DNA of 64,000 nucleotides from Gammaproteobacteria bacterium (GCA_965277715.1 OZ255836.1:288001-352000), one strand, 5' to 3'; numbered from the stretch's first letter, positions 55,153 through 63,978 are shown. Program-made: numbers and translations. The notes: generated by a model from the letters alone, not told the origin.

Positions 55153-55539
55153 ATGAAATTAAAATTTTTCATCGTCATGCTTTGTTTGTCCAGTAATGTC
55201 TATGGCCTTGAGCTTTCTAAAGAAATACCAAAGAATTTCCACGGGAGGTGGGCAGATCATCCAGATAACTGCGCATTTATCGAGATGATTGGATCATATC
55301 ATCCCAATTCCATGAAGATTGACTCTAATTCAATTACCTATTTTGAAAGTGGTGGGAAAGCTGCTGCAATTGTTTCTCGAAAAAGAAATGAGGTCGCAAT
55401 GATTTTCGATTTCCATAGTGAAGCAGATAAGTTTATTTACTTTAAACACTTTTCGCTGTCTGAAGACGGTAACAAGCTTTATGATTATTCCAAATATGAA
55501 TCAAGCAAAGAAATTTATTTTCGGTGTGCAAAGGAATGA
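55153..55539 (+). CDS. Cassette 2: exported hypothetical protein
   Basis: Signal peptide; IPKNFHGRW..C motif. Confidence 0.8.
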   Translation: MKLKFFIVMLCLSSNVYGLELSKEIPKNFHGRWADHPDNCAFIEMIGSYHPNSMKIDSNSITYFESGGKAAAIVSRKRNEVAMIFDFHSEADKFIYFKHFSLSEDGNKLYDYSKYESSKEIYFRCAKE

Positions 55540-55546
55540 AGGACTC

Positions 55547-55621
55547 ACCTAACAAGGGCATGCAGCCGGATCAAAATGCCCGCTACGCGCTCATTTTGAC
55601 CGCTGATGCCAAGCGTTATAT
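55547..55621 (+). other. attC2 (75 bp)
   Basis: ACCTAAC...TCAAAATG/CATTTTGA...GTTATAT. Confidence 0.95.
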
Positions 55622-55634
55622 TTTAGGAGTATTC

Positions 55635-56018
55635 ATGAGGTTTTTACTATTTTCAGTTCTTGCTCTAGTTGTTTCAACAGGAGCGTTTGCAAACGAAGCA
55701 GCTGACCTTCGCCTTAAAGGTGTACAAGCTGCATCAACCGGAGATTATACAACCGCTCAAAAGCATCTCCGTCAAAGTGCTGAGTTGGGCTACTACACCG
55801 CCCAAGTAGAGTATGCTTACCTTCTTGAATCTAGCCCTGAAAATATTCAAAACAAGCTTGAATCTTACGCTTGGTATAATGTAGTTATCACACAAAAAGG
55901 TACGGATACAGTATTTGCTAAAGAGGGTTTGGCTCGTTTATCTAAACTCATGTCAGTATCCGAGATTGAGCATGCAAAACAATTAACTGCAAAGTATATT
56001 GAGCAATATGCTAAGTAA
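55635..56018 (+). CDS. Cassette 3: exported Sel1-like repeat protein
   Basis: AGGAG RBS, signal peptide, SAELGYYTAQ and ESYAWY motifs. Confidence 0.75.
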   Translation: MRFLLFSVLALVVSTGAFANEAADLRLKGVQAASTGDYTTAQKHLRQSAELGYYTAQVEYAYLLESSPENIQNKLESYAWYNVVITQKGTDTVFAKEGLARLSKLMSVSEIEHAKQLTAKYIEQYAK

Positions 56019-56020
56019 AA

Positions 56021-56135
56021 ATATAACAATTTGCTCCAGTTGGCGCAGCGGTCTACGCGATTTTTGTGTATTCGCTGCGCTCAATAATCACACAAAAACA
56101 CTACAACCGCTGCGCAACTGAGCAAGGCGTTATGT
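56021..56135 (+). other. attC3 (115 bp)
   Basis: ATATAAC...TTTTTGTGT/ACACAAAAA...GTTATGT. Confidence 0.93.
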
Positions 56136-56148
56136 GGCCCGAGCAACA

Positions 56149-56643
56149 ATGAATAACTTCATTGTCCTAGTCTCATTATTGTTAACTTTGAGCGGATGCG
56201 TCTCTGTAGAACAGCAACGAGTGAACATCGAAAGTAATATTGCTGAAGTTTATACGGTTCACTATAGCGAGGAAATCCAACAGTTCTTTATTGAGGAGGC
56301 TATCAATGCTGGTGTAAGAACTATCCGAGCGATGAAACCATCTGAGAAACGTCAAAGCTCTAATAAAAACGAAATCGTCGGTTGTGCTTATGCAGACATT
56401 TGGAGAAAGCTCATTTTAATCGAAGTTAACCAGCCACTGTGCACAAAACTATCGCACTTGGCTCATGAAATCGCCCATATTGGTTCAAACTGCGGTGCTC
56501 ACGATAGCGTGTTTTATAAGTACAACTTTGCAATAGCAAAGCGATATGAAGCGGAGTTTCCTAATGCAGCCACAAGAAAATGGTTCGCACCAGTACAGAG
56601 TGTCGCAAACGTTGAGGCAATATATAGAAATGGGAGTTGTTAA
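56149..56643 (+). CDS. Cassette 4: lipoprotein with zincin HExxH motif
   Basis: Lipobox LSGC; LAHEIAH followed by H..F as in SprT-like/minigluzincin peptidases. Confidence 0.75.
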   Translation: MNNFIVLVSLLLTLSGCVSVEQQRVNIESNIAEVYTVHYSEEIQQFFIEEAINAGVRTIRAMKPSEKRQSSNKNEIVGCAYADIWRKLILIEVNQPLCTKLSHLAHEIAHIGSNCGAHDSVFYKYNFAIAKRYEAEFPNAATRKWFAPVQSVANVEAIYRNGSC

Positions 56644-56675
56644 TTTTTCGTGACCCAGGATGAAACCCAATTGCC

Positions 56676-56750
56676 ACATAACAAACGTATGCAGTCGGAT
56701 CAAAATGTTCGCTACGCTCTCATTTTGCCCGCTGATGCGAGGCGTTAAGC
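56676..56750 (+). other. attC4 (75 bp, related to attC2)
   Basis: ACATAAC...CAAAATG/CATTTTG...GTTAAGC. Confidence 0.95.
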
Positions 56751-56775
56751 TTCAAAACATATAAATAGAGAGTGT

Positions 56776-57432
56776 ATGTTGAAAATAGTCGTTTTATCTT
56801 TGATCATATTTGTAACAGGCTGCGCGACAAATTCGCTTGCCCCAACCCCTGTAACTCAATCAGATTTGAGTGCGACCCAAGGAATTCTAGTTGGAAGTTT
56901 TTCTAGAGACCCAAGTGGGCCAAACTATTACAGCCAAACTTTCCGTTTCAAGAATGTCTTAACCGATGAAGATCATCGAATAACCTCTCAACCAACCTTC
57001 AATATGTTTACCGGCAAGACTCCCGACGACTTTAGGACACCAAATAGTAACGGTGGTGTGTTTGTATTTTCATTACCTGCAGGAGAATACATTTTTCACA
57101 ATTTTCGTTTATATCAATCAAACGGTTACTTTGAGCAAAACTGGACTTCTAAAGAACCATATGCGATTCCATTCGTTGTTCAGCCGAATAAAGTAAATTA
57201 CGTTGGGGAAATAAAACTCATACCTCATACAGGAAAAAACTTTTTTGGGATGCAAATACATGCTGGAGGAATATGGGTGATAAACGAACAATGGGATAGA
57301 GATATAGAGGTCCTATCAAGAAAGCACCCAGAAATTCCATTAGAGGAAATCGTTAATGTTATTCCAAACAAAAAAGATATTTTTACTCCACTAGTAGTTC
57401 TTCCTTCAGAAACAGAAGAGTTTAACAAGTAA
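56776..57432 (+). CDS. Cassette 5: hypothetical lipoprotein
   Basis: Lipobox VTGC; LPAGEY..VNYVGEI beta-sandwich pattern. Confidence 0.8.
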   Translation: MLKIVVLSLIIFVTGCATNSLAPTPVTQSDLSATQGILVGSFSRDPSGPNYYSQTFRFKNVLTDEDHRITSQPTFNMFTGKTPDDFRTPNSNGGVFVFSLPAGEYIFHNFRLYQSNGYFEQNWTSKEPYAIPFVVQPNKVNYVGEIKLIPHTGKNFFGMQIHAGGIWVINEQWDRDIEVLSRKHPEIPLEEIVNVIPNKKDIFTPLVVLPSETEEFNK

Positions 57433-57489
57433 GTCGTGCGGGACATTTCACCGCTGCGCGCCTCATGCCCCACACCCTAAGCGTTATGC
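57420..57489 (+). other. attC5 (70 bp, somewhat degenerate)
   Basis: GTTTAAC...GTTATGC with imperfect internal stem. Confidence 0.8.
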
Positions 57490-57533
57490 AAAATAAGTTG
57501 TGAATCGTACTAATAATTGAATTGGAGAAATGA

Positions 57534-58436
57534 ATGAAGAAAATTTATATGCTTTCAATGTTAGTGGCTGGGTTGCTAATTTCGACATTAGCCACTGCAG
57601 CTCCTAAATTTCCGATACAAGAGCCCATGGGCGGGAAGGCCTTTGGTCATAGCGTAAAAAACATTGGTAATGGGTTGTATGTATTTCGCTGGTGGGTTTA
57701 TCGAAATATTTTTCTTGTCACTGATGAGGGAGTTATTGTTACCGACCCAATGAACCCCAAGGCGGCAAAATTATTACGAAACGAGATTCGTAAGGTAACA
57801 GACAAGCCGGTGAAATATGTTGTTTATAGCCATAATCATCATGATCATATTTCAGGTGGGAATGTTTTTGAGGCAGAGGGTGCAAAATTTGTGGGCCATG
57901 AGAACCTGCTAAAGGAATTGGGCGATCATCCGAGTCCAGTAATACCATTGCCAAGTATCACATTTTCAGACAAGCACACATTGACACTGGGTGGTAGAAC
58001 TTTGGAATTATCCTACTTCGGGCCAAACCATGGTGAAAGCTTGGTTGTTATGCGGCTTCCGAAAGAGAAGATATTATTTACGGTAGATATTGTCACGCCG
58101 CGTAGAGTGGCCTTTCGTGGCATGCCCGATTTTTGGCCTGATGAGTGGGTAAGGTCACTGAAAGAAATAGAGCAGATGGATTTTGACTATGTCATCTCGG
58201 GCCACGGGCCAGAAAATCAACCTGCAATAGATCCTGCCTCAATTGTTGCAGAGCAACGCATATATTTAGAAGATTTGATGGCAGCTGTAAAAAAAGCAAT
58301 GGATTCAGGAACTCACAGCCCTGATGCATTAAGAAAAACCGTTAAGCTTCCTAAGTATGAAAACTGGCAATACTACAAAGAATGGCTCCCAATGAATATT
58401 GAGCGCATATGGACTTATTATCATATGGGATGGTGA
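57534..58436 (+). CDS. Cassette 6: exported MBL-fold metallo-hydrolase
   Basis: Signal peptide; SHNHHDH, PNHG, TVD, SGHG metal-ligand motifs. Confidence 0.9.
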   Translation: MKKIYMLSMLVAGLLISTLATAAPKFPIQEPMGGKAFGHSVKNIGNGLYVFRWWVYRNIFLVTDEGVIVTDPMNPKAAKLLRNEIRKVTDKPVKYVVYSHNHHDHISGGNVFEAEGAKFVGHENLLKELGDHPSPVIPLPSITFSDKHTLTLGGRTLELSYFGPNHGESLVVMRLPKEKILFTVDIVTPRRVAFRGMPDFWPDEWVRSLKEIEQMDFDYVISGHGPENQPAIDPASIVAEQRIYLEDLMAAVKKAMDSGTHSPDALRKTVKLPKYENWQYYKEWLPMNIERIWTYYHMGW

Positions 58437-58445
58437 TAGCCAATG

Positions 58446-58494
58446 GCATAACAATGCATTGCACCGGGCTTCGCCGGTGAATGCGGCGTTATGC
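58446..58494 (+). other. attC6 (49 bp)
   Basis: GCATAAC-AATGC-ATTGCACC-GGGCTTCGCC-GGTGAAT-GCGGC-GTTATGC. Confidence 0.9.
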
Positions 58495-58512
58495 GACCTC
58501 AAGAATCAAAAT

Positions 58513-58896
58513 ATGATTAAAAAATTATTTACAGTAGATCTTTACATTAAAATCAGAAAAAATAGATTCGAAGCCAAGAACTTATCGTCTAACAGCATTT
58601 GGGAAACTATTCATTCGGAGCTACCGTTTACAACCGAGAGGTTACTGGTTGGTACTTTTTCGGCTGCCGAGCCAGCTTTAACTAAGCTGATGAAAGATAT
58701 TATTCCTAATGGTCTATTTAAAAAGAATCCTCAAGTAGTGGTTCAGCCAATGGAGTTAGTTCACGGCGGGTTATCGGAGGTCGAGGAGCGCACATTTAAA
58801 GAGCTAGCACTTGGCTCAGGTGCTTTTAAAGTAGTGTTACACACTGGCCCTGAGCTAACTGACAGTAAGGCAGTAAAATTAATACACAGCACATAA
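58513..58896 (+). CDS. Cassette 7: YjaA-like protein
   Basis: LYIKIRKN, FTTERLLVG.F..AE, GGLSEVEER resemble E. coli YjaA. Confidence 0.7.
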   Translation: MIKKLFTVDLYIKIRKNRFEAKNLSSNSIWETIHSELPFTTERLLVGTFSAAEPALTKLMKDIIPNGLFKKNPQVVVQPMELVHGGLSEVEERTFKELALGSGAFKVVLHTGPELTDSKAVKLIHST

Positions 58897-58978
58897 CAAA
58901 GCCAAGCACAATCGTACAATGCAAAAAACGCATTGCACTGGACCTCGCTTTGTTCGGCCTGTGTTGGCGGCGTTATAC
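58891..58978 (+). other. attC7 (88 bp)
   Basis: ACATAAC...GTTATAC, GCCAAGCACA/TGTGTTGGC. Confidence 0.9.
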
Positions 58979-59010
58979 GTACTTTAATTCAGGTTACAAC
59001 TGGAAGAATA

Positions 59011-59322
59011 GTGGAAATAATAAGAAGTAAAGAATTCAGATCTGATCGTGCTTGGGGCGCAAAAAATATCTCCAATATGAATGGAATTACGACTAAGTTG
59101 CATTGGACGGACCAGCCTTATAAATGGCACATTAACGATGGCGAAGAAGTATTTGTTGTTTTAGATGGTATCGTTGTGATGCTTTATAAAGAGAATGGTA
59201 TCGAAAAATCTACCACACTAAATGCGGGAGATATATTTTTTGCATCGGTAGGTACTGAACACGTGGCTCGCCCAAAGGGGGAGGCTAGAATTCTAGTTGT
59301 AGAGTCAGAGGGTAGCGTATAA
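59011..59322 (+). CDS. Cassette 8: cupin-domain protein
   Basis: WHINDGEEVFVVLDG..GTEH. Confidence 0.88.
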   Translation: MEIIRSKEFRSDRAWGAKNISNMNGITTKLHWTDQPYKWHINDGEEVFVVLDGIVVMLYKENGIEKSTTLNAGDIFFASVGTEHVARPKGEARILVVESEGSV

Positions 59323-59430
59323 CAAAGCTATCGTAGGGACTTTTGTTGCTGCGCTTCGTTTTGGGGTGGCTTCGCCACTGTACCCCAAAACTACACTACA
59401 CAACAAAAGCCCCACATAGCGGCGTTATGC
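59317..59430 (+). other. attC8 (114 bp)
   Basis: GTATAAC...CTTTTGTTG/CAACAAAAG...GTTATGC. Confidence 0.92.
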
Positions 59431-59442
59431 AGAAGGGTAACT

Positions 59443-59807
59443 ATGAATTTAATTGCGTACTTTTTTTTGGTTTCGCAGCAATGTCCTTTCTAGGGATATT
59501 TGTAATGCCTGGAGGTTTTGGCGTTTCAATATTCTATATTTTTATGGTCGGGCTTTGGTACCAAACAGGTGCAAGTTTTCTTAAGAGAAAAAAGTGGGCA
59601 TGGTGGGTATCGCTAATATTGATATTACTCATCTGCGTGGGTAGTTTTGCTTCTGTATGGTCAACTATTATTGAGCCTCTTTTCAACTCTAGTGTTAAGG
59701 GTGTAGGTTTTGGTCGTTGGCTTTCGCTAGCAATCCTTTGTTTAGCTGAGTACTTAATAGTTTTATTGTTTAACACGAGTACTAGGCAGGCTTTTAAAAA
59801 TGCATAA
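59443..59807 (+). pseudogene. Cassette 9: 4-TM membrane protein, frameshifted at a T8 run
   Basis: RBS plus ATG 59443 is out of frame by one T; T9 would give MNLIAYFFFGFAAMSFLG; an alternative ATG at 59481 lacks an obvious RBS. Confidence 0.65.
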
Positions 59808-59858
59808 CAATACGGTCAAGGGGACGCAAAAAACGCGCCGCTTACCTCGGCGTTAGGC
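59802..59858 (+). other. attC9 (57 bp)
   Basis: GCATAAC...GTTAGGC. Confidence 0.88.
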
Positions 59859-59879
59859 AGGCACACACAGAGATGACCA

Positions 59880-60096
59880 TAAGAGTTTCAAGTAATGGAC
59901 GATTATTACAGGCGTTTCAGTTGAAACACTCCCCCGCTCTAACGCGGAGCAGTCGACCAACACATCGGGATAATAGTAGTTGTTTTCTACCTGTACTTTC
60001 ATATTCGATGAAAATGGCTGGCAGGGACCATTTTTCACATGATTTCTTATTTCTCCAAAAACATTTCCGGTTATTTGGTTATGCTCCAGCTTGGCA
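59880..60096 (-). pseudogene. Cassette 10: antisense Uma2-family endonuclease remnant
   Basis: EHNQITGNVF..CQPFSSNMKV..YYYPDVLVDC..PVIIV; N-terminus lost at the IS junction. Confidence 0.75.
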
Positions 60097-61483
60097 GGGT
60101 ATGACCTTAATTTAATGTTATGGAGATATTCAGTATAATATGATTGTGATCAATTAGAGTGTTTTAGAGATGAATGCTAGCATAGTAGAACAAAACGATA
60201 CGCATTTTACCGTACAAGTTAAAATTGCTTATAGTAGCAGCATGCTAGATTTTGAAGAGGCAATACAGACAGGAGTTAATGAGGTAGGAGCAGTATCTAC
60301 CCAGGAGGCCTTGTCACAATTTGACGCAGATGGTTCACCTATAATAGTGGGCAGCACTAAATTTACCAGCAAGGGTAAAGAATCAAAAATATATCAAACG
60401 CCTTATGGAGCAGTAGATATACAACGCCATGTTTATCAAGGTTCAAAAGGGGGAAAGACGTATTGCCCTGTTGATGCCAATGCCCGTATTATCATTTCCT
60501 CGACCCCCAAATTTGCCAAGATGGTCTCTTCAAAATATGCCGACCTTGGTGCATCGCGTGTTAGAGCTGACCTTGAAGAAAACCATAGTAGAAAAGTGGC
60601 ACGTTGTTTTATACAAGATATCGCTGAGGCGGTGAGTGCGGTGGTTACGGCTAAGGAAGCACAGTGGAACGATGAGCTGCCCAAGATGGCCTATCCGGTG
60701 AAAACGGTATCGATAGGGATGGATGGTACTTGTATGCTGCTTTGCAATGAAGGCTATCGTGAAGCAATGGTGGGCACCATTGCTTTTTATGACAAAAAGG
60801 GTGATAGACAACATATTACCTATATGGCGGCTACGCCTGAGTATGGCAAGGAGACCTTTTTGGGGCGTTTTGAACAGGCGATCATCAAAGTAAAGAAGTA
60901 CTACCCTGATGCCCACTATGTAGGAATTGCTGATGGTGCGAAATGTAATTGGCCTTTTTTAAAGCGACATACTCATACCCAAACAATCGACTTTTGGCAT
61001 GTGAGCGAATACCTTGGAAAAGCCGCTCATGTGATGTTTCATGGAAAAAGAAACGCGTTAGATAGGAGTGAATGGCTTGATCAATCTTGCCATAAGCTAA
61101 AGCACTGTGTGGGTTCGGCAACGCGGTTACTGAACGAAATGGTGGCTTTTGGCAATAACAGTGATCTATCGAAAGAGAAACGAAATGCCCTTAATTCTGT
61201 TATCACCTATTTTACAAACAACAAAGATAAGATGAAATATGCTCATAATGTAAAAAATAGCTTACCCATTGGTTCGGGTGTAACGGAAGCGGCTTGCAAG
61301 GTGATTGTGAAACAACGGTTATGTGGTTGTGCAATGAAGTGGAAAGAAAAAGGGGCGGCAGCCGTGTTAGGTTTACGCTGCATAAACTATAGTACTGGTA
61401 GATGGCAGCAGTTTTGGCAAAAGGTCGGTCAATTTGGTTTGCCTATCGCCGCTTAAATACAACATCAAATTAAGGTCATACCC
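60097..61483 (+). mobile_element. ISKra4-family element (transposase 60170-61456)
   Basis: IRs GGGTATGACCTTAATTT / AAATTAAGGTCATACCC; MDG, ADGA, DFWH, PIGSGVTEAACK. Confidence 0.92.
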
Positions 61484-61488
61484 TCTGT

Positions 61489-61593
61489 TCCTAACGAGGC
61501 CAGCAAATCTGACCTCCGTAAACTGTCTTCTTTTTTGCAAAAACACGCAAAAAAGCAGCCAATTCACTCCGGCAGTTTCTGGCGGCGTTAAAT
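61489..61593 (+). other. attC10 (105 bp)
   Basis: TCCTAAC..GCCAGCAAA/TTTCTGGC..GTTAAAT. Confidence 0.85.
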
Positions 61594-61603
61594 GGCAATT
61601 CGG

Positions 61604-61882
61604 ATGAGTAAGGTAGTCTTAATTTCAGAGGGTGGATATAGCTCGGAATATGATGAATTGTTATTGTCATTTCTAGATCACAAGTTCGAGCTATTTTGCG
61701 CCGTAGGTAAAGATTGTGAACTTTGGGAGGATGTAATGGATGAATTGGCTGTTGGTAATGGCGAAAACCCTAGATTCATTACAACTACTAGTCATCCCGA
61801 TGAATCAATTGAAAACGTAATAGAGTTTGCCAAAATGTTTACCACAAAAACAAAAGGCGAGGTTCAAGTTGTTCGCATTTAA
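61604..61882 (+). CDS. Cassette 11: small acidic hypothetical protein
   Basis: ORF ends in R''; FCAVGKDCELWEDVMDE and TTSHPDES. Confidence 0.8.
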   Translation: MSKVVLISEGGYSSEYDELLLSFLDHKFELFCAVGKDCELWEDVMDELAVGNGENPRFITTTSHPDESIENVIEFAKMFTTKTKGEVQVVRI

Positions 61883-61972
61883 CAAAGCAATCTTGCCTCG
61901 TTCGCTGCGCTCACTGGACCTCCGTTTCGGTGCTTCGCACCTACACTACGGCCGCAAATTGCGGCGTTATGT
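61877..61972 (+). other. attC11 (96 bp)
   Basis: ATTTAAC..GCAATCTTGC/GCAAATTGC..GTTATGT. Confidence 0.9.
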
Positions 61973-61980
61973 GTAAAAAC

Positions 61981-62310
61981 ATGGATGCGAAGCAGATACA
62001 AAAAAAACTAGATGACCTCGGTATCGAGGAGAGACTAAATCTGCTGATAGGTTACGGTCACCAACTGACGATAATGTGCCGAGATGCTTACGAATTTCAA
62101 GGCCCTGGTGTTACGGATCCCCGTTTGCTTAGGGACGCAAATGAAATTCAACATAGAGTTTATCAAGCTATTCGTGAGCTGACCCAAGGTGAAAGCAATG
62201 GGTTTTCAGTAAATGGTATTTCTAATTGGATTTCTGCGAAAGAAAGAAATGAAAAAATTCAAAGTGCAAGTATTGAAGCATTCAAATGGGCGATCCAGAA
62301 ATACACATAA
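61981..62310 (+). CDS. Cassette 12: hypothetical helical protein
   Basis: 109-aa ORF filling the cassette. Confidence 0.78.
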   Translation: MDAKQIQKKLDDLGIEERLNLLIGYGHQLTIMCRDAYEFQGPGVTDPRLLRDANEIQHRVYQAIRELTQGESNGFSVNGISNWISAKERNEKIQSASIEAFKWAIQKYT

Positions 62311-62376
62311 TAAGCGCATGCAACGGACTGCCAAACCGCTACGCGCTTTGTCAGCCGCTGATGCGAGGCGTTATGC
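62305..62376 (+). other. attC12 (72 bp) with non-canonical R'' (ACATAAT)
   Basis: GCATGCAACGG/CCGCTGATGC stem, GTTATGC. Confidence 0.85.
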
Positions 62377-62427
62377 TTCCCAAACTTTAAGTCTGTGCTG
62401 TTGAAAGGAAACTGATATTATTCACCT

Positions 62428-63285
62428 ATGAAAACTTCACTTGACCACCTGCCGGAACAGAAACAGCAGGAACTACAGCGAGCTGTGGAAATTATCCGTG
62501 AAGAGATCAATCCCGATATGCTCATTTTGTTTGGTAGTTATGCGCGTGGTGATTGGGTGGAGGATATAGACCTGGAAACCCTGCACTACCGTTATCAAAG
62601 TGACTTTGATCTATTGGTTGTTACAGAAACCCGGAAAGAAGCTAGTAAAATTGAGCAAAATAATCAACTCAATCAGCGTTTGATAAAAACCATCCACCGA
62701 ACTCCAATCAGCCTGATCGCGGAAGATATCCAATTTATTAACCGACGCTTAAGAAAGAGCCAGTACTTTTATATTGATATCAAGCGTGAAGGAATTGTGT
62801 TGTATAACTCAGGAGCATTTGAGTTAGTCGAGCCAAAGGAAATATCGCCAAGTGAGCGAAAAAAACTGGCAGAAGAGGATTTTGAATATTGGTTTATAAG
62901 TGCTAAAGAATATTTTCTCGATTTTAACGCACCATTTGATAGGAGTAACTATAATAATGCTGCATTTTTACTCCACCAAGTCACAGAGCGCCTTTACGGT
63001 ACAATTCTTTTAGTTTTTACCCGTTATAAACCTAGCACACATGATTTAGTAAAATTGGGTCAACGTGTAAGCAGCATTGAACCACAGTTTCTTACTGTAT
63101 TTCCACAAAGTACAGAAGAAGAAAAAAACCGCTTTAAAATTTTACGCAAGGCATATGTGGATGCTCGCTATAAACCCAGCTACATAATTACAAAAGAGGA
63201 GCTAAAATGGTTAGCAGAGCGGGTACAAAAATTACAAGTTTTAACAGAAAAACTGTGCAAAGAAAAAATTACAAGCTTTATATAG
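62428..63285 (+). CDS. Cassette 13: minimal nucleotidyltransferase-HEPN fusion
   Basis: LFGSYARGD..SDFDLL MNT motif; HEPN AAFLLHQ..E, THDL, AYVDARY. Confidence 0.9.
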   Translation: MKTSLDHLPEQKQQELQRAVEIIREEINPDMLILFGSYARGDWVEDIDLETLHYRYQSDFDLLVVTETRKEASKIEQNNQLNQRLIKTIHRTPISLIAEDIQFINRRLRKSQYFYIDIKREGIVLYNSGAFELVEPKEISPSERKKLAEEDFEYWFISAKEYFLDFNAPFDRSNYNNAAFLLHQVTERLYGTILLVFTRYKPSTHDLVKLGQRVSSIEPQFLTVFPQSTEEEKNRFKILRKAYVDARYKPSYIITKEELKWLAERVQKLQVLTEKLCKEKITSFI

Positions 63286-63300
63286 TCATGAAGCAAATAG

Positions 63301-63364
63301 GCATAACAATAGCTTCGTGTGGAACGCTCCGCGTTGCTGCGCGCCGCACAAGCAAGCGTTAGCA
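63301..63364 (+). other. attC13 (64 bp)
   Basis: GCATAAC..GCTTCGTG/CACAAGC..GTTAGCA. Confidence 0.88.
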
Positions 63365-63375
63365 CGATGAAAGAA

Positions 63376-63897
63376 ATGAAGAAAATTCTCACCTTAGTAT
63401 TAATGCTTGTTCCTCTTGTTTTATCTGCCGCTGAGTATCCGTCACTACTCAAAGTTCCGGTAGGCGAAAGATTTTCCCACCCTCAAGGGATGCAAAACAA
63501 AGATAAAGGTGGGCCTACAACTCAATTCCGAGTCCCAAATCATGGTAACATTTCATCTATTTTTCCTGAGTATTCAATTGCCTATTTAAATGCAACAGGT
63601 CACGTGGTAATAGTAACAGCAGAAAAGGCAGTTAAAAATTGGGAAGAATGTGAGAGCCTGGAAGAGAAGGCATCGCTGCTAATCAGTCAAGCATTTCCTA
63701 ACTATAAGAGTTCACCCGTTTCCAATAGTCAGCTTGGCGCTCCCGGCGAGTTTTCGTTAGAATCAGCAGATACTTACTACGTGCTTCGGTGTAAAGGTTC
63801 GTATGGCCCGTTTGCATACCTTCATTTTCAAATTCGCAGCAAGAGCCAAGATATAGAGTTAAAAAATGCATGGGATGAATACTTCAAAAAGCAATAG
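63376..63897 (+). CDS. Cassette 14: exported hypothetical protein
   Basis: Signal peptide MKKILTLVLMLVPLVLSA; alternative start 63367. Confidence 0.8.
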   Translation: MKKILTLVLMLVPLVLSAAEYPSLLKVPVGERFSHPQGMQNKDKGGPTTQFRVPNHGNISSIFPEYSIAYLNATGHVVIVTAEKAVKNWEECESLEEKASLLISQAFPNYKSSPVSNSQLGAPGEFSLESADTYYVLRCKGSYGPFAYLHFQIRSKSQDIELKNAWDEYFKKQ

Positions 63898-63978
63898 TGC
63901 TAACAAGGCGCTCAAAATCGCCCACAAAAAGCGTGGGCTGGGACGCGCTAACGCGCGCCCTTTAGTGCGACGTTAACT
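63898..63978 (+). other. attC14 (81 bp)
   Basis: TGCTAAC...GTTAACT with two internal hairpins. Confidence 0.9.

Noticed and set aside
55524-63376. ORF-track starts at 55524, 58399, 58933, 59343, 61930 and 63319
   Set aside because: They extend through upstream attC sites; the real starts lie after each GTT crossover.
55062-63978. Regularly spaced palindromic repeats as a CRISPR or REP array
   Set aside because: The repeats are non-identical, separated by whole genes and bounded by RYYYAAC/GTTRRRY-like cores; they are attC sites, and no cas genes are present.
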